In this document: in pieces, positions 1-9,965 of the stretch | Numbering within the stretch: the stretch's first letter is position 1 | Layout: every line of letters starts with the position of its first letter | Origin: an uncultured Nitrososphaeraceae archaeon | GTDB lineage: Archaea > Thermoproteota > Nitrososphaeria > Nitrososphaerales > Nitrososphaeraceae | DNA: 64,000 bases | Direction of reading: 5' to 3' | NCBI GenBank assembly: GCA_963837175.1 | Contig: CAWIMJ010000013.1 | Location: forward strand, 29,000-92,999 | Notes under the pieces: generated by a model | Databases searched by the model: none | The model's input: only the letters and a program-made list of their open reading frames with translations | Told to the model about the DNA's origin: nothing | Program-made: the position numbers and the translations under genes

Positions 1-291
1 GCCCGAATTGATAGCGCGATCAAATTAAAATGTCTTTAAGAAGACGATGAGTAAACTATAATTTTTAAACCTTCTTGCTTCAGAAGTTCAGAGAGACATC
101 AGAGAAGAGCAGAATATAGGCCAAGAATAGAAGCAAGTGGAAGGATTGCTAATTCATTGTGAAAGCTAACCTTAGATTTTTATATATTACAAACGTTAGG
201 CAACTTTTACAGTTCTTACAAAATATATTTGGAAAGATGATGATAGAGGTGTGAACTAGTAAGTTAACCTATTCATGCTAGGTATGTTTGC

Positions 292-1896
292 TTAACCTAT
301 GCCAATAGATGCAAATGCCAAGTGCTTGAATTTTGACCTGTCGAGCATTCCCCGACCATCGTAAAGTGGGATTCCACCAAGATCAGCAGGTGTCAAAGTT
401 CGATACTCTGGATGATCTGCAATAAGCATTATTAAATCTGTACCTTGTATAGCTTCATTTAGATTTGATGTCAGAATAATATTATTCTGTTTTCCTGATA
501 AAGCAGGATCATTAATTACCAAAGGATCATGGACACGAATCTCTTTTACTTTCATCCGTTTCTGAAATTCATCAATGACCTTATAAGTAGGTGATGAACG
601 TGTATCTGAAACTCCCCCTCTAAAGGCAAGACCAAGTAAAGTGATAATAACTTCATCCATCCCCTTATTTACAAAACTTCTTTTTTTCAACTGTTCTCTT
701 CCATGCTTTTTGATATTGTTCTTTTCTTCTTTTCCTTCTTCTAGTAATTCTATGGCCTGTTCTACACAATAAGCAGCCATAGAATCGTTGATATTTCTGC
801 TCATGCGAGTAATACTACAATCGATCTTCATCCTATCTGCAGTATGAAGTATAAATTGGGGATAAATAGGTATACATGCACCGCCAACACCTACACCTGG
901 TTTATGGATATGGCAGAATGGTTGGGAGTTTGCCGCGTTCCTTGCTTCCCAAAAATCAACACCTACTTTTTCACAGAATTTTGCAAGTTCATTTGCAAGA
1001 GCAATATTTACATCCCGATATACTCCTTCAAGCAGCTTTTCGGTTTCAGCAGTTCTTATACTACTCATTGCTATTACACCTTTCTTAAATATTATAGAGT
1101 ATATCCTGACCCCTATATTGATACTTCTAACACCAGTTCCTGAGACTATTGCTGGATATCTCTGCTCGATATCTTCTATCGCCCTTCCTTCATAGATTCG
1201 TTCCGGATTGTATATCATGTAAAAGTCTGTTTCGGCTTTAAAACCACTTTCTTTCTCTAGAATTGGTAATACGATCTCTTCAGTTGTTCCCGGAGGAACA
1301 CTAGGATTTAGAGCTACAACATCAAACTTTTTCAATCCTTTTCCAATTGATGTTGCTACATCCTTTATCGCTGTCAAATCCGCTGATCCATTTGCAGCTA
1401 ACACTGGTACGCAAATCATTTTAAAATACGAATCTAAAGATGCTTTTACTAAGTCTTCATATATCTTGAAACGATTGTCCTCTATACCCTTTGTAAATGC
1501 CTCATTTACCCCTGGTTCTAGTTGGAGATGCGTCTTTCCTATTCTTGCATTTTTTAATACCTTTGAAGATTTATCGACTCCTATAACATGTGCTCCTCGT
1601 CGAAGCCATACAGAAGCTAGTGGAGCACCAATATGTCCTAAACCATAAACTGCTATTTTAAAGGCACCAGATTTTATTTTCTTTTCGATATCTTTTGGGC
1701 TGTATCCATATTCATAACCATAATTGTTGTTATGGTTATTGTTATTGACATCACTACTGCTTCTGGCACTATTGTTATTAACAATAATATTATTGGTATG
1801 ATCACCAGTTTTATTGATATCAGAGTTAGTAGTGGTAATATTAAAAGTAGTATTAGAAGAATATAGAGTTGGTTTCATACGACTTTTAGTTTTCAT
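292..1896 (-). CDS. Nucleotide-sugar dehydrogenase (UDP-GlcNAc/ManNAc 6-dehydrogenase, WbpA/WecC family)
   Basis: Rossmann GLGHIG, PER motif, catalytic GGACIP, C-terminal GLAFR..DTRSSP. Asn/Thr-rich N-terminal extension, so the true start is uncertain. Confidence 0.9.
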   Translation of the reverse strand: MKTKSRMKPTLYSSNTTFNITTTNSDINKTGDHTNNIIVNNNSARSSSDVNNNNHNNNYGYEYGYSPKDIEKKIKSGAFKIAVYGLGHIGAPLASVWLRRGAHVIGVDKSSKVLKNARIGKTHLQLEPGVNEAFTKGIEDNRFKIYEDLVKASLDSYFKMICVPVLAANGSADLTAIKDVATSIGKGLKKFDVVALNPSVPPGTTEEIVLPILEKESGFKAETDFYMIYNPERIYEGRAIEDIEQRYPAIVSGTGVRSINIGVRIYSIIFKKGVIAMSSIRTAETEKLLEGVYRDVNIALANELAKFCEKVGVDFWEARNAANSQPFCHIHKPGVGVGGACIPIYPQFILHTADRMKIDCSITRMSRNINDSMAAYCVEQAIELLEEGKEEKNNIKKHGREQLKKRSFVNKGMDEVIITLLGLAFRGGVSDTRSSPTYKVIDEFQKRMKVKEIRVHDPLVINDPALSGKQNNIILTSNLNEAIQGTDLIMLIADHPEYRTLTPADLGGIPLYDGRGMLDRSKFKHLAFASIGIG

Positions 1897-2420
1897 AAGA
1901 TGTATTTTATTATTATATTTATATTATATATCATGCGCTTGAACGTTGTTCTTTTATTTATTGCATGTAAATGAGATTTGAATTATCTTTATATATTATA
2001 CTCTTTCCCAATTGGAATTATATTATGCCTCAATAAGCTGAATAAGACTAATAGATAATATAATTACATTATAGCTAATGCAATCGGCAATAATTGTTCA
2101 TATTAGATATCATCTTATTATCTAGTGTTTATAGTAACGATCTTTTAAGATGTTACATTTCTTTGCAATAGGCAATAATATAGTTATTCTTTTGTAACTG
2201 AGGATAGTAATATACAAGTTTATGGTTTGTTCAGAGCAGCCTAATAAGTGAAGTTGCATAAGAAAAGGATATGTACTTTCAACCACATCATAGTTTATGG
2301 ATTAATTTTATGTGAGTAATATATATCTGTTCTAAAATTATGTTGATAAGTATTATATAATAAAATAATATATATAAATGAAGTTAAGGTTATTATACTC
2401 TTCTTACAAATTGATTTAAC

Positions 2421-2436
2421 AAAAAAGACTAAATAT
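2421..2436 (+). promoter_or_regulatory. Possible archaeal BRE/TATA promoter for the candidate RNA
   Basis: AAAAAAGACTAAATAT lies about 20-30 nt upstream of the first paired base (2456). The AT-rich background makes this weak. Confidence 0.35.
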
Positions 2437-2455
2437 CCTCCATACACATAAATAT

Positions 2456-2693
2456 TGTTCGATTAGCCGAAAGAGAAGAATGATACATCATATAGGTCTA
2501 GGTTGCAAGTAAAGGCTTGCAACTCCCACGGGAATGATGATATGTCGTCTTAGGCTAGTAGGTTAACCTGTATTCTTAAATGATGCAGGGGAGTCCAAGT
2601 CTAAGTTGATAAGAGTATACCACAGGGCTGCTTTGGAACTTATCGTAGTAGTCTTGCAGGGAAAACTACATGTCTTCGAATGCTAGTCGAACA
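2456..2693 (+). ncRNA. Candidate structured non-coding RNA of unknown family
   Basis: Closing helix TGTTCGATTAGC (2456-2467) / GCTAGTCGAACA (2682-2693), several nested hairpins with G-U pairs, visibly GC-richer than its flanks, followed by a T-rich tract. Confidence 0.55.
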
Positions 2694-2959
2694 TTACTTT
2701 TCTTATACTTATTCAATATATCATTACGCCTTAGTACAAAGGATGAGTTTTTGCTGATAGTTTATCCTTCCTCTCCTTTTGTTTTCTGGGTTGTGCCTAT
2801 AAACTATTCATTGTATTATTATTTTATTATTTTATTATTTTTCGTTAATATTGCAAAATCGTATTAATTATAATACCGAAGTAATTACATTACTGTATAT
2901 TATTACATTTTATTTCCTGTGCGTTTTCCTTTTTATCTGTAGTTGGAATGCCTGTTTTG

Positions 2960-3190
2960 TTAGGTTATTAAGGCGGCACCAAACTTGCGATACAGAGTTT
3001 TTCCTTCCCTTGTAACTAAAAAAATTCTATTCGGTGGAATAATTTCAAAATTCTCCGAAAGCTTTAAGAATTCTGGCAACGACACCTTAATGATAGAGTT
3101 AAATTCGCGATAGCTTACTGAATAGAGGCCAGCATTATCTGCATACAAAGCTTTACTAAAAATTTCTTTGAGTCGACCTTTCCGCGTCAT
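2960..3190 (-). CDS. DUF504 / MJ1316-like small protein (predicted RNA-end recognition domain)
   Basis: 76 aa with Y-x-V-x-Y-R and IPxxRI..V...G..LY.K, characteristic of DUF504. Confidence 0.7.
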   Translation of the reverse strand: MTRKGRLKEIFSKALYADNAGLYSVSYREFNSIIKVSLPEFLKLSENFEIIPPNRIFLVTREGKTLYRKFGAALIT

Positions 3191-3923
3191 GTTTTAAATT
3201 TTATTATCGTTTCTTCCATTGCGAATGTTGTCGACATTATCTTAATTATAATATTAGTATATAGGTTCATAACATGTATTGACTTGACATAATATATAAA
3301 ATTTCATAGAGGGCGCATAAAATCTTGTATATGAAGTATGATAGTATATTTAAAAACAACTTTTTTTCTACTGCTCATGCCAATACCCAATGAGATATCG
3401 AATCCAAAAACACTTATGTATTGGCAAACCTAAATGGAAGGCATATGTTAGATTTGGTATACTTACGCTTCTGATGGATAACTATCAGATATGTAAATTA
3501 TATGAAACAAAATCAATCTACTTCTTCATAGTTTTTCTCTGTATCTATAGGTAAGGTAAACTAATTACACAATAGATTAACATATGGTTATGATCTCCCC
3601 ACTGTGTAGTAGAGAAATGAAATGATTAGATATACTATTTTTCGTTTCAAAGCTTGGTAATCTGAATTGGCTACCTTGAATAACCTGGCCTATATCTTAT
3701 ATTGCCGTTGTCATTATGCTAGCATAAAACCATTTTATAGGTATGGCAGACAATCATAGACTTTATATCTGTTGGTCATTCTATCCCAGGAATTAGTATT
3801 ATATACTAGAAATGATATCATATTAATGATTTAGTAATACTTTTAGTACTGCTTAATAATAAAATATTATATATAGTATGTAGAGCTAGCTTTTTAAACT
3901 AAAATCTTCCAATAAAGAAAGGG

Positions 3924-6653
3924 ATGGCAGGAGTAACCGAGTTTAATGACTCGAAAGAGAACTTAATCATGAATATTAAAAAAAGAGACGGCAGAGTTGT
4001 TAGTTTTACGCATTCTAAGATATCAAATGCAATTTACAAAGCGCTTGTAGTGACTGGTAAGCCAGATTATCCATTAGCAGAAAGGTTGGCAAATAACGTG
4101 GTACAGAAAATGGTTCAGAGTGGTTACGGATTGAGTGGAAAAGTTGCAATCGCAAGTGTTGAAGATGTACAAGATATGGTAGAGTCTATCCTCATCGAAC
4201 AAGGATTGTCTGAAACGGCTAAGGCATACATCTTGTATAGGCATGAGAGGCGCAAAGTTAGAGATGAGAAGATGAGAGTTCTAAACAAGAAGGTGCTTGA
4301 TGAAGTTGACAAGGTATTTGATATTAATTCCCTTAGAGTTTTAGCTGCACGTTATTTGTTACGAGATAACAACGGCGAGATTATAGAAGGTCCAAAACAG
4401 ATGTTTGAAAGAGTAGCAATTCTGGTTGCACTTGCGGATATATTGCATGATTCTCAATTGTTCAATTTAGCAGGTGGACATAACCAAAATATCGAAGAAG
4501 CAGAGAAATATTATGCGAAAATGGATGACTTTGATCTAAAATTAAAGATAGGAGATTACTATCTGAACAAATATCACTTTGAATGTCTTATTCGACACTA
4601 TGTGTATCTAGCAAAGATGGGTTGTATGAAAGTTGGCTTTAAGGAACTACTTCGAATGATGGCTGAAAGCAAGTTAAGCGTATACGAAGAGAGAATCAAA
4701 GAATACTATAATTTAATGGTATCAAGAGATTTTCTACCGAATACACCAACATTGATGAATGCAGGTGCAAGGCTTGGTCAATTGTCAGCTTGTTTTGTTC
4801 TTGATATGTCAGACGACATGTATAAGATCATGCAATCATCAACTGATGCAGCCATGATTTTCAAATCAGGTGGAGGTGTTGGAATAAATTATTCTGACCT
4901 AAGACCAGAAGGAGATATCGTTGCCTCTACATCTGGCGTTGCATCAGGCCCAACCTCTTTTATGAGAATCATTGATACTATAACCGATGTAGTAAAACAA
5001 GGCGGAAAGAGGCGTGGCGCAAATATGGGTATATTAGAGGCATGGCATCCAGATATTGAAAAGTTTGTGACGGCCAAGACAAAACCTGGCGTATTCGAGA
5101 ACTTTAATGTCAGTGTTGGGGTCTGGGAAGATTTTTGGAAGTCTCTTGTAAATAAGGATAACCACAAGTATACATTACGTAATCCGAGAACTCATGAGCC
5201 TATAAAGCAGATCGATTCCTATCAATTAATGGATCTGATAGCATTTAGCGCATGGAAAAGTGCGGAACCAGGTGTTATCTTCTTTGATAATATTAACAAA
5301 TACAATCCATGTATAAATGCAAAGGGCGGACCTTTGCGTGCAACAAACCCCTGCGGTGAACAATCGTTATATCCTTATGAATCATGTAATCTAGGTTCGA
5401 TAAATCTTGCAAATTTTGTAAAGCGCAAGGCAGATGGAATGTTTGAATTTGATTGGCAGAAATATGAGCAGGCAATAAGGGTGTCATCCAGATTCTTAGA
5501 TAATATTATAGATATGAATAAGTATCCAGTGGAAGAAATTGATATCAATACAAAACTGACAAGAAGAATAGGCCTTGGTATAATGGGTATCGCTGACTTG
5601 CTATTCCTACTTAGAATTCCATATGATTCAAATGATGGCTATGAATTCATGTACAAACTGGCAGAAGCAGTATCATACTATAGTATGGAAGAAAGTGTTG
5701 CTATTGCAAAGGTAAGAGGACCATTTCCCTTATTCAAAGAGACAGATTATGTAAAGGGTAAGATACCTATCTCAGGTTATTATGAGTTACCAACAGAAAC
5801 ACATGCATACAATTGGGATTCCTTAATCAAAAAAATTCAAAAACATGGAATACGAAACTCTTGGACATCTACTATTGCTCCCACCGGTACATTATCTATG
5901 ATTGCAGATACTTCAAATGGTGTTGAACCGATGTTTGCGTTAGTTTTCGAGAAACGCGTGACAGTTGGTAGGTTCTTCTATACTAATAGGATTTTTGAAA
6001 ATGTGTTGAAGGAAAACGGCCTTTACACTGATGAAATACTTGCAAAAGTTGCGAATAATTATGGTTCAGTTCGTGGTTTGTCTGAAATTCCAGAATGGAT
6101 TCAGAAAACGTTTGTTACTGCAATAGATATACACTGGACTGATCATATAATGGCGCAGGCCGTATGGCAGAAATGGATTGGGAATGCCATTGCAAAAACA
6201 ATCAATATGCCAGGAGACGTCACTGCAGAAGATGTAAAGTATGCATATCTACTGTCACATGAACTTGGATTAAAAGGAGTTACAGTATACAGAGATGGCT
6301 CACGACATGAACAAGTTCTCCATATCACTGGTAATGAAACAAAGGAAAAGAAATTCATTACAAGGCCAAGCAAATATGCCGTAGACTATATTCGTGCAAA
6401 CGTTAAAGAATTATATGTCAGAGAACAAATAGAAAAAATCTTTGAACAAACCAAGATCGAAAATGAAGAAGAAATACCAACAGAAACAATTTCAACATCC
6501 ATACTACTGGATACGCCTACCAAGACAACACACACACCCTTGCTGGAATCAAATGAGGATAATACCTGTCCATCATGCAAAGCGAGATTAATAATCACTG
6601 AAGGTTGCAATTTGTGTATAGAATGCGGCTTTAGTAGCTGCATTTCAGGCTGA
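3924..6653 (+). CDS. nrdJ: Adenosylcobalamin-dependent (class II) ribonucleotide reductase with N-terminal ATP cone
   Basis: IKKRDG ATP cone, PNTPTLMNAG..QLSACF, TNPCGEQ..CNLGS, TIAPTGT, VYRDGS, C-terminal CPSC/CIEC. Confidence 0.95.
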   Translation: MAGVTEFNDSKENLIMNIKKRDGRVVSFTHSKISNAIYKALVVTGKPDYPLAERLANNVVQKMVQSGYGLSGKVAIASVEDVQDMVESILIEQGLSETAKAYILYRHERRKVRDEKMRVLNKKVLDEVDKVFDINSLRVLAARYLLRDNNGEIIEGPKQMFERVAILVALADILHDSQLFNLAGGHNQNIEEAEKYYAKMDDFDLKLKIGDYYLNKYHFECLIRHYVYLAKMGCMKVGFKELLRMMAESKLSVYEERIKEYYNLMVSRDFLPNTPTLMNAGARLGQLSACFVLDMSDDMYKIMQSSTDAAMIFKSGGGVGINYSDLRPEGDIVASTSGVASGPTSFMRIIDTITDVVKQGGKRRGANMGILEAWHPDIEKFVTAKTKPGVFENFNVSVGVWEDFWKSLVNKDNHKYTLRNPRTHEPIKQIDSYQLMDLIAFSAWKSAEPGVIFFDNINKYNPCINAKGGPLRATNPCGEQSLYPYESCNLGSINLANFVKRKADGMFEFDWQKYEQAIRVSSRFLDNIIDMNKYPVEEIDINTKLTRRIGLGIMGIADLLFLLRIPYDSNDGYEFMYKLAEAVSYYSMEESVAIAKVRGPFPLFKETDYVKGKIPISGYYELPTETHAYNWDSLIKKIQKHGIRNSWTSTIAPTGTLSMIADTSNGVEPMFALVFEKRVTVGRFFYTNRIFENVLKENGLYTDEILAKVANNYGSVRGLSEIPEWIQKTFVTAIDIHWTDHIMAQAVWQKWIGNAIAKTINMPGDVTAEDVKYAYLLSHELGLKGVTVYRDGSRHEQVLHITGNETKEKKFITRPSKYAVDYIRANVKELYVREQIEKIFEQTKIENEEEIPTETISTSILLDTPTKTTHTPLLESNEDNTCPSCKARLIITEGCNLCIECGFSSCISG

Positions 6654-7120
6654 CAAACAAAAACCTTAATCTTTATTGTTTATACTTATCATGTGATATC
6701 CATCAGTGATGATGTTCTATCCATGTTCTAACATCGCCAAAAAAACTTAAAGACTATGAATAAAAATTGGTGAAGGGATAAAAATTGTTTAAAGCATTGA
6801 TAGAAGATTGTGTATGATCATCAGAAGAAGATAAATTGACTAAAGTTTCTAGAAAAATAAAATATGGAAATATTTTTTTAATTCTCCAACAACTTTGACT
6901 ATTTTTTTATCAATATAAACTGATATACTGGATTTAAGATCAATATGATGTTATCTATAAAAAAATTTAATGTACCAAGTAGTATAATATTGTATGAAAA
7001 GAAAAATTAAAAAGTCTAGTATTTGAAGAATTGTTGTTGTTGATTTGTCGTTGATGTTACAGAAAACAATCCCAATGCAGGCTTTACCATATCCATGTTT
7101 TCTTTTGCTGTGCCAACTAA

Positions 7121-7399
7121 ATGCTTAACATATATTACAAGTATATAATAGTATATATATTTAATACAATAATGAATCGTCTATCAAAAGACAAAGATAC
7201 TAGCAAGAAAAATCAGCAGGAGCGGTCGGCAGACAACACGCAAGGCGAACGAATAGAAGATATGACAATAGATGAACTTCCTGATCATAAGTCTAAAGTT
7301 ATAGTTTCAAAAATTAGCAAATTTGCCCATGGGTTTAAAATTCCAGATGATAAAAAGCCAAAAATAAAAAGTAAATCAAAAGTTCATAAGAAAAATTAG
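7121..7399 (+). CDS. Hypothetical Lys-rich small protein (start possibly at 7172)
   Basis: Open frame with a hydrophilic composition; no recognisable motif. Confidence 0.4.
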   Translation: MLNIYYKYIIVYIFNTIMNRLSKDKDTSKKNQQERSADNTQGERIEDMTIDELPDHKSKVIVSKISKFAHGFKIPDDKKPKIKSKSKVHKKN

Positions 7400-7772
7400 T
7401 ACTTGTAATGTTTTTGGGGTCAATTTTAAGATATTAAAATAGTATTGTAGGACAATAATAGATCTTTAATGCTTTATGCAATTATAACCAAAATGATACC
7501 GTTGTGAATCTGGATCATTGTCATTTAGAGCTCATTATAATACATACTTGTACAAAAAAACAATTAATTCAATATCTGCAATTCATATATCGCATCTAAT
7601 GCTCGACTTTACGAATGAGAAAGTGGATGTGACTTTATATTTCTAATGATGATGGTTCAGATGGCAGTTGCCTTCGTTATGTCAGTTATAAAGACAATTA
7701 CTTTTTAGATTATTAAATGTTATAAAGAAATTATAAATAAATAATTCTTAAACTGATGCTTAAAATATCTGA

Positions 7773-9155
7773 TTGGGTATTGAAATTTATATGCAGTCAT
7801 TAGCACACCAAAACAGCAGCTCTTATTATGTTTCTTCCATGAAAAGTATACTGGAGGATAATTCACTTACGTTCGCTGAGAAGGCAATTAGCATAAAGAG
7901 CTTAACAGTAAAAAGTAAGCAGAGCCAAGTGTCCAAACCATCTGTGGCTGGCGATATTGCAATTATAGATGTAGATCTTGCTATGGCGCAAGACAGTACG
8001 GGTCCTTTGGCAATACGTTCATTAAATGAAATGCGAGTGGATAAACTCTTTAATCCTTCAAGGGTTTTGTTAGTAATAGATCATACATTTCCTGCAGCAG
8101 ATGAAAAGGTTGCAAATCTACATGCTATGATGAGAAGTTTTGCTTCGAAGCATAGCTGTATGTTGGTTGAAGGTTCTATATCGCATCAGCATATTCTTGA
8201 ATATCTTGCTGCTCCGGGTATGATGATACTCGGTGCAGATTCTCACACATGTCAAGCCGGATGTATCTCGGCATTTGCAACTGGAATTGGAAGTACTGAA
8301 CTAGCAGCTGTGTGGGCTACAGGCCAAATGTGGTTACGCGTACCTGAAACAATAAAAATTAAACTATCGGGCAATTTTAGAAAAGGGGTTTTTGCCAGAG
8401 ATCTAATACTCGATTATATTGGAAAGGTTGGTGAAGATGGAGCTAATTACAAGGCTTTGGAGTGGACATATGCAAATGACAATACTAGAAAGGAGTTTAG
8501 TATTGACTCAAGAGCATGCATAAGCAATGCTGCAATGGAATGCGGTGCCAAGATTTCCGTATTCCCTACCGATGAGCTAACTAGAACTTATTTAAATCAA
8601 AACCCAAGAATTATTAAAGACGTGCCAGAAATTGATATTCATCCTGGCAGCTCTGCTAAGTATGTAGATGAGATAGAGATAGAATGCGATAAGATAGAAC
8701 CAATGGTGGCTGGTCCAGACCATCCAGATATAGTACATTCAGTTGAAGAAATAGGCGGAATAGAAATCAATCAGGCTTTCATAGGTTCTTCTACAAATGG
8801 AAGAATAGAAGATCTTGAAATAGCAGCCCGTATTCTTAAGAATAAAAAGGTGCACAAAAATACGAGATGTGTAGTTACTCCTGCATCGGTCAAAGTATAT
8901 GAAGAGGCCATTAAACGTGGGTATGTAGAGACTTATCTTGAATCAGGAGCAGTATTTACCAATTCTACATGTGGAGCATGTGTGGGTACTCATCTTGGTG
9001 CGTTAGGAGAAAATGAAATATGCATATCATCATCTTCAAGGAATTTTGTCGGAAGAATGGGAGCTCTATCATCAAAAGTATATCTATCATCTCCTGCTAC
9101 TGTTGCCGCATCTGCAATTGAAGGAAAAATAATTGATCCAAGGAGGTTTCTCTGA
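7773..9155 (+). CDS. Aconitase-family hydratase large subunit (LeuC/HacA-like), divergent
   Basis: DH..P, GADSHTC, GSSTNGR (canonical GSCTNGR), CGACVG, SSSRNFVGRMG, YLSSPATVAASA. Confidence 0.88.
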   Translation: MGIEIYMQSLAHQNSSSYYVSSMKSILEDNSLTFAEKAISIKSLTVKSKQSQVSKPSVAGDIAIIDVDLAMAQDSTGPLAIRSLNEMRVDKLFNPSRVLLVIDHTFPAADEKVANLHAMMRSFASKHSCMLVEGSISHQHILEYLAAPGMMILGADSHTCQAGCISAFATGIGSTELAAVWATGQMWLRVPETIKIKLSGNFRKGVFARDLILDYIGKVGEDGANYKALEWTYANDNTRKEFSIDSRACISNAAMECGAKISVFPTDELTRTYLNQNPRIIKDVPEIDIHPGSSAKYVDEIEIECDKIEPMVAGPDHPDIVHSVEEIGGIEINQAFIGSSTNGRIEDLEIAARILKNKKVHKNTRCVVTPASVKVYEEAIKRGYVETYLESGAVFTNSTCGACVGTHLGALGENEICISSSSRNFVGRMGALSSKVYLSSPATVAASAIEGKIIDPRRFL

Positions 9156-9156
9156 C

Positions 9157-9765
9157 ATGAATAATAAATCAACTCCGGCGGAACCTTCGTCGTCACACTC
9201 TTCGCCATTAATACCATCTCCACCACCAGGAACAGTGCCTTCACCAGTCGCTACTACTGCCATTTTGCATGGAAAAGCTTGGGTTTTTGGAGATGACATT
9301 AATACGGACATAATTATACCGTTCAGATTCAAAAGCAGGACCAACGATCCCTATGAGATGGCAAAATATGCTATGTATGGGATTGATCCAGATTTTCCAA
9401 CAAAGATATCCAAGGGTGACTTTATAGTTGGAGGAAAAAATTTTGGAGGCGGCTCCAGTAGAGAACAGGCTCCAGTAGCATTAAAGTATGCAGGAATATC
9501 TATTGTTATAGCAGAAAGTTTTGCTCGCATATTCTATAGAAACGCATTTACCATAGGACTCCCAGCTCTAGAAATTTCAGAAATAAAAGGCAATGTAGTT
9601 CAGGGAGACGATCTTAAGGTGGACATTGGAAACTTTACTGTAGAAAATATACGAACAAAAGGAATATTTCATGCAAAGAAGGTTCCAGAATTTATGCAAC
9701 AGATGTTGTTAGAAGGCGGATTAGTTGAATATTATAAGAGAAACAAACGATTTCCATGGATGTGA
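9157..9765 (+). CDS. Aconitase-family hydratase small subunit (LeuD/HacB-like)
   Basis: [38 protein letters not shown] at 9157 follows the large-subunit stop after a 1-nt gap; Pro/Ser-rich N-terminus. Confidence 0.9.
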   Translation: MNNKSTPAEPSSSHSSPLIPSPPPGTVPSPVATTAILHGKAWVFGDDINTDIIIPFRFKSRTNDPYEMAKYAMYGIDPDFPTKISKGDFIVGGKNFGGGSSREQAPVALKYAGISIVIAESFARIFYRNAFTIGLPALEISEIKGNVVQGDDLKVDIGNFTVENIRTKGIFHAKKVPEFMQQMLLEGGLVEYYKRNKRFPWM

Positions 9766-9965
9766 TTCAAGTATAGATTTATGTCAGAGACATTTTTATT
9801 CATGATGTCTCTTTGTAGCATGTTGTAATGTATAGAAAAATAAAGAAAGAGAGAGATAAAATATAGTGTATACTTTAACATAAATTCGAGCACGATATGA
9901 ATAATAATAATGATGTTTCTGACCGATAAAATTTAATTTCCGAGTGGACAACTCAGTTTGTTAAT

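Noticed and set aside
255-287. CTAGTAAGTTAACCT resembles CTAGTAGGTTAACCT in the candidate RNA (2555-2569)
   Set aside because: Only 14 of 15 nt in AT-rich DNA and the flanking helices are absent; chance cannot be excluded.
2670-2867. 65-aa ORF overlapping the 3' end of the RNA candidate
   Set aside because: Composition mirrors T-rich intergenic DNA; no motif.
3191-3923. Cobalamin riboswitch or other structured leader upstream of nrdJ
   Set aside because: No B12-box or convincing helices are visible.
4440-4710. Extra segment in NrdJ considered as an intein
   Set aside because: No intein N- or C-terminal (His-Asn) motifs and too short; looks like an ordinary helical insertion.
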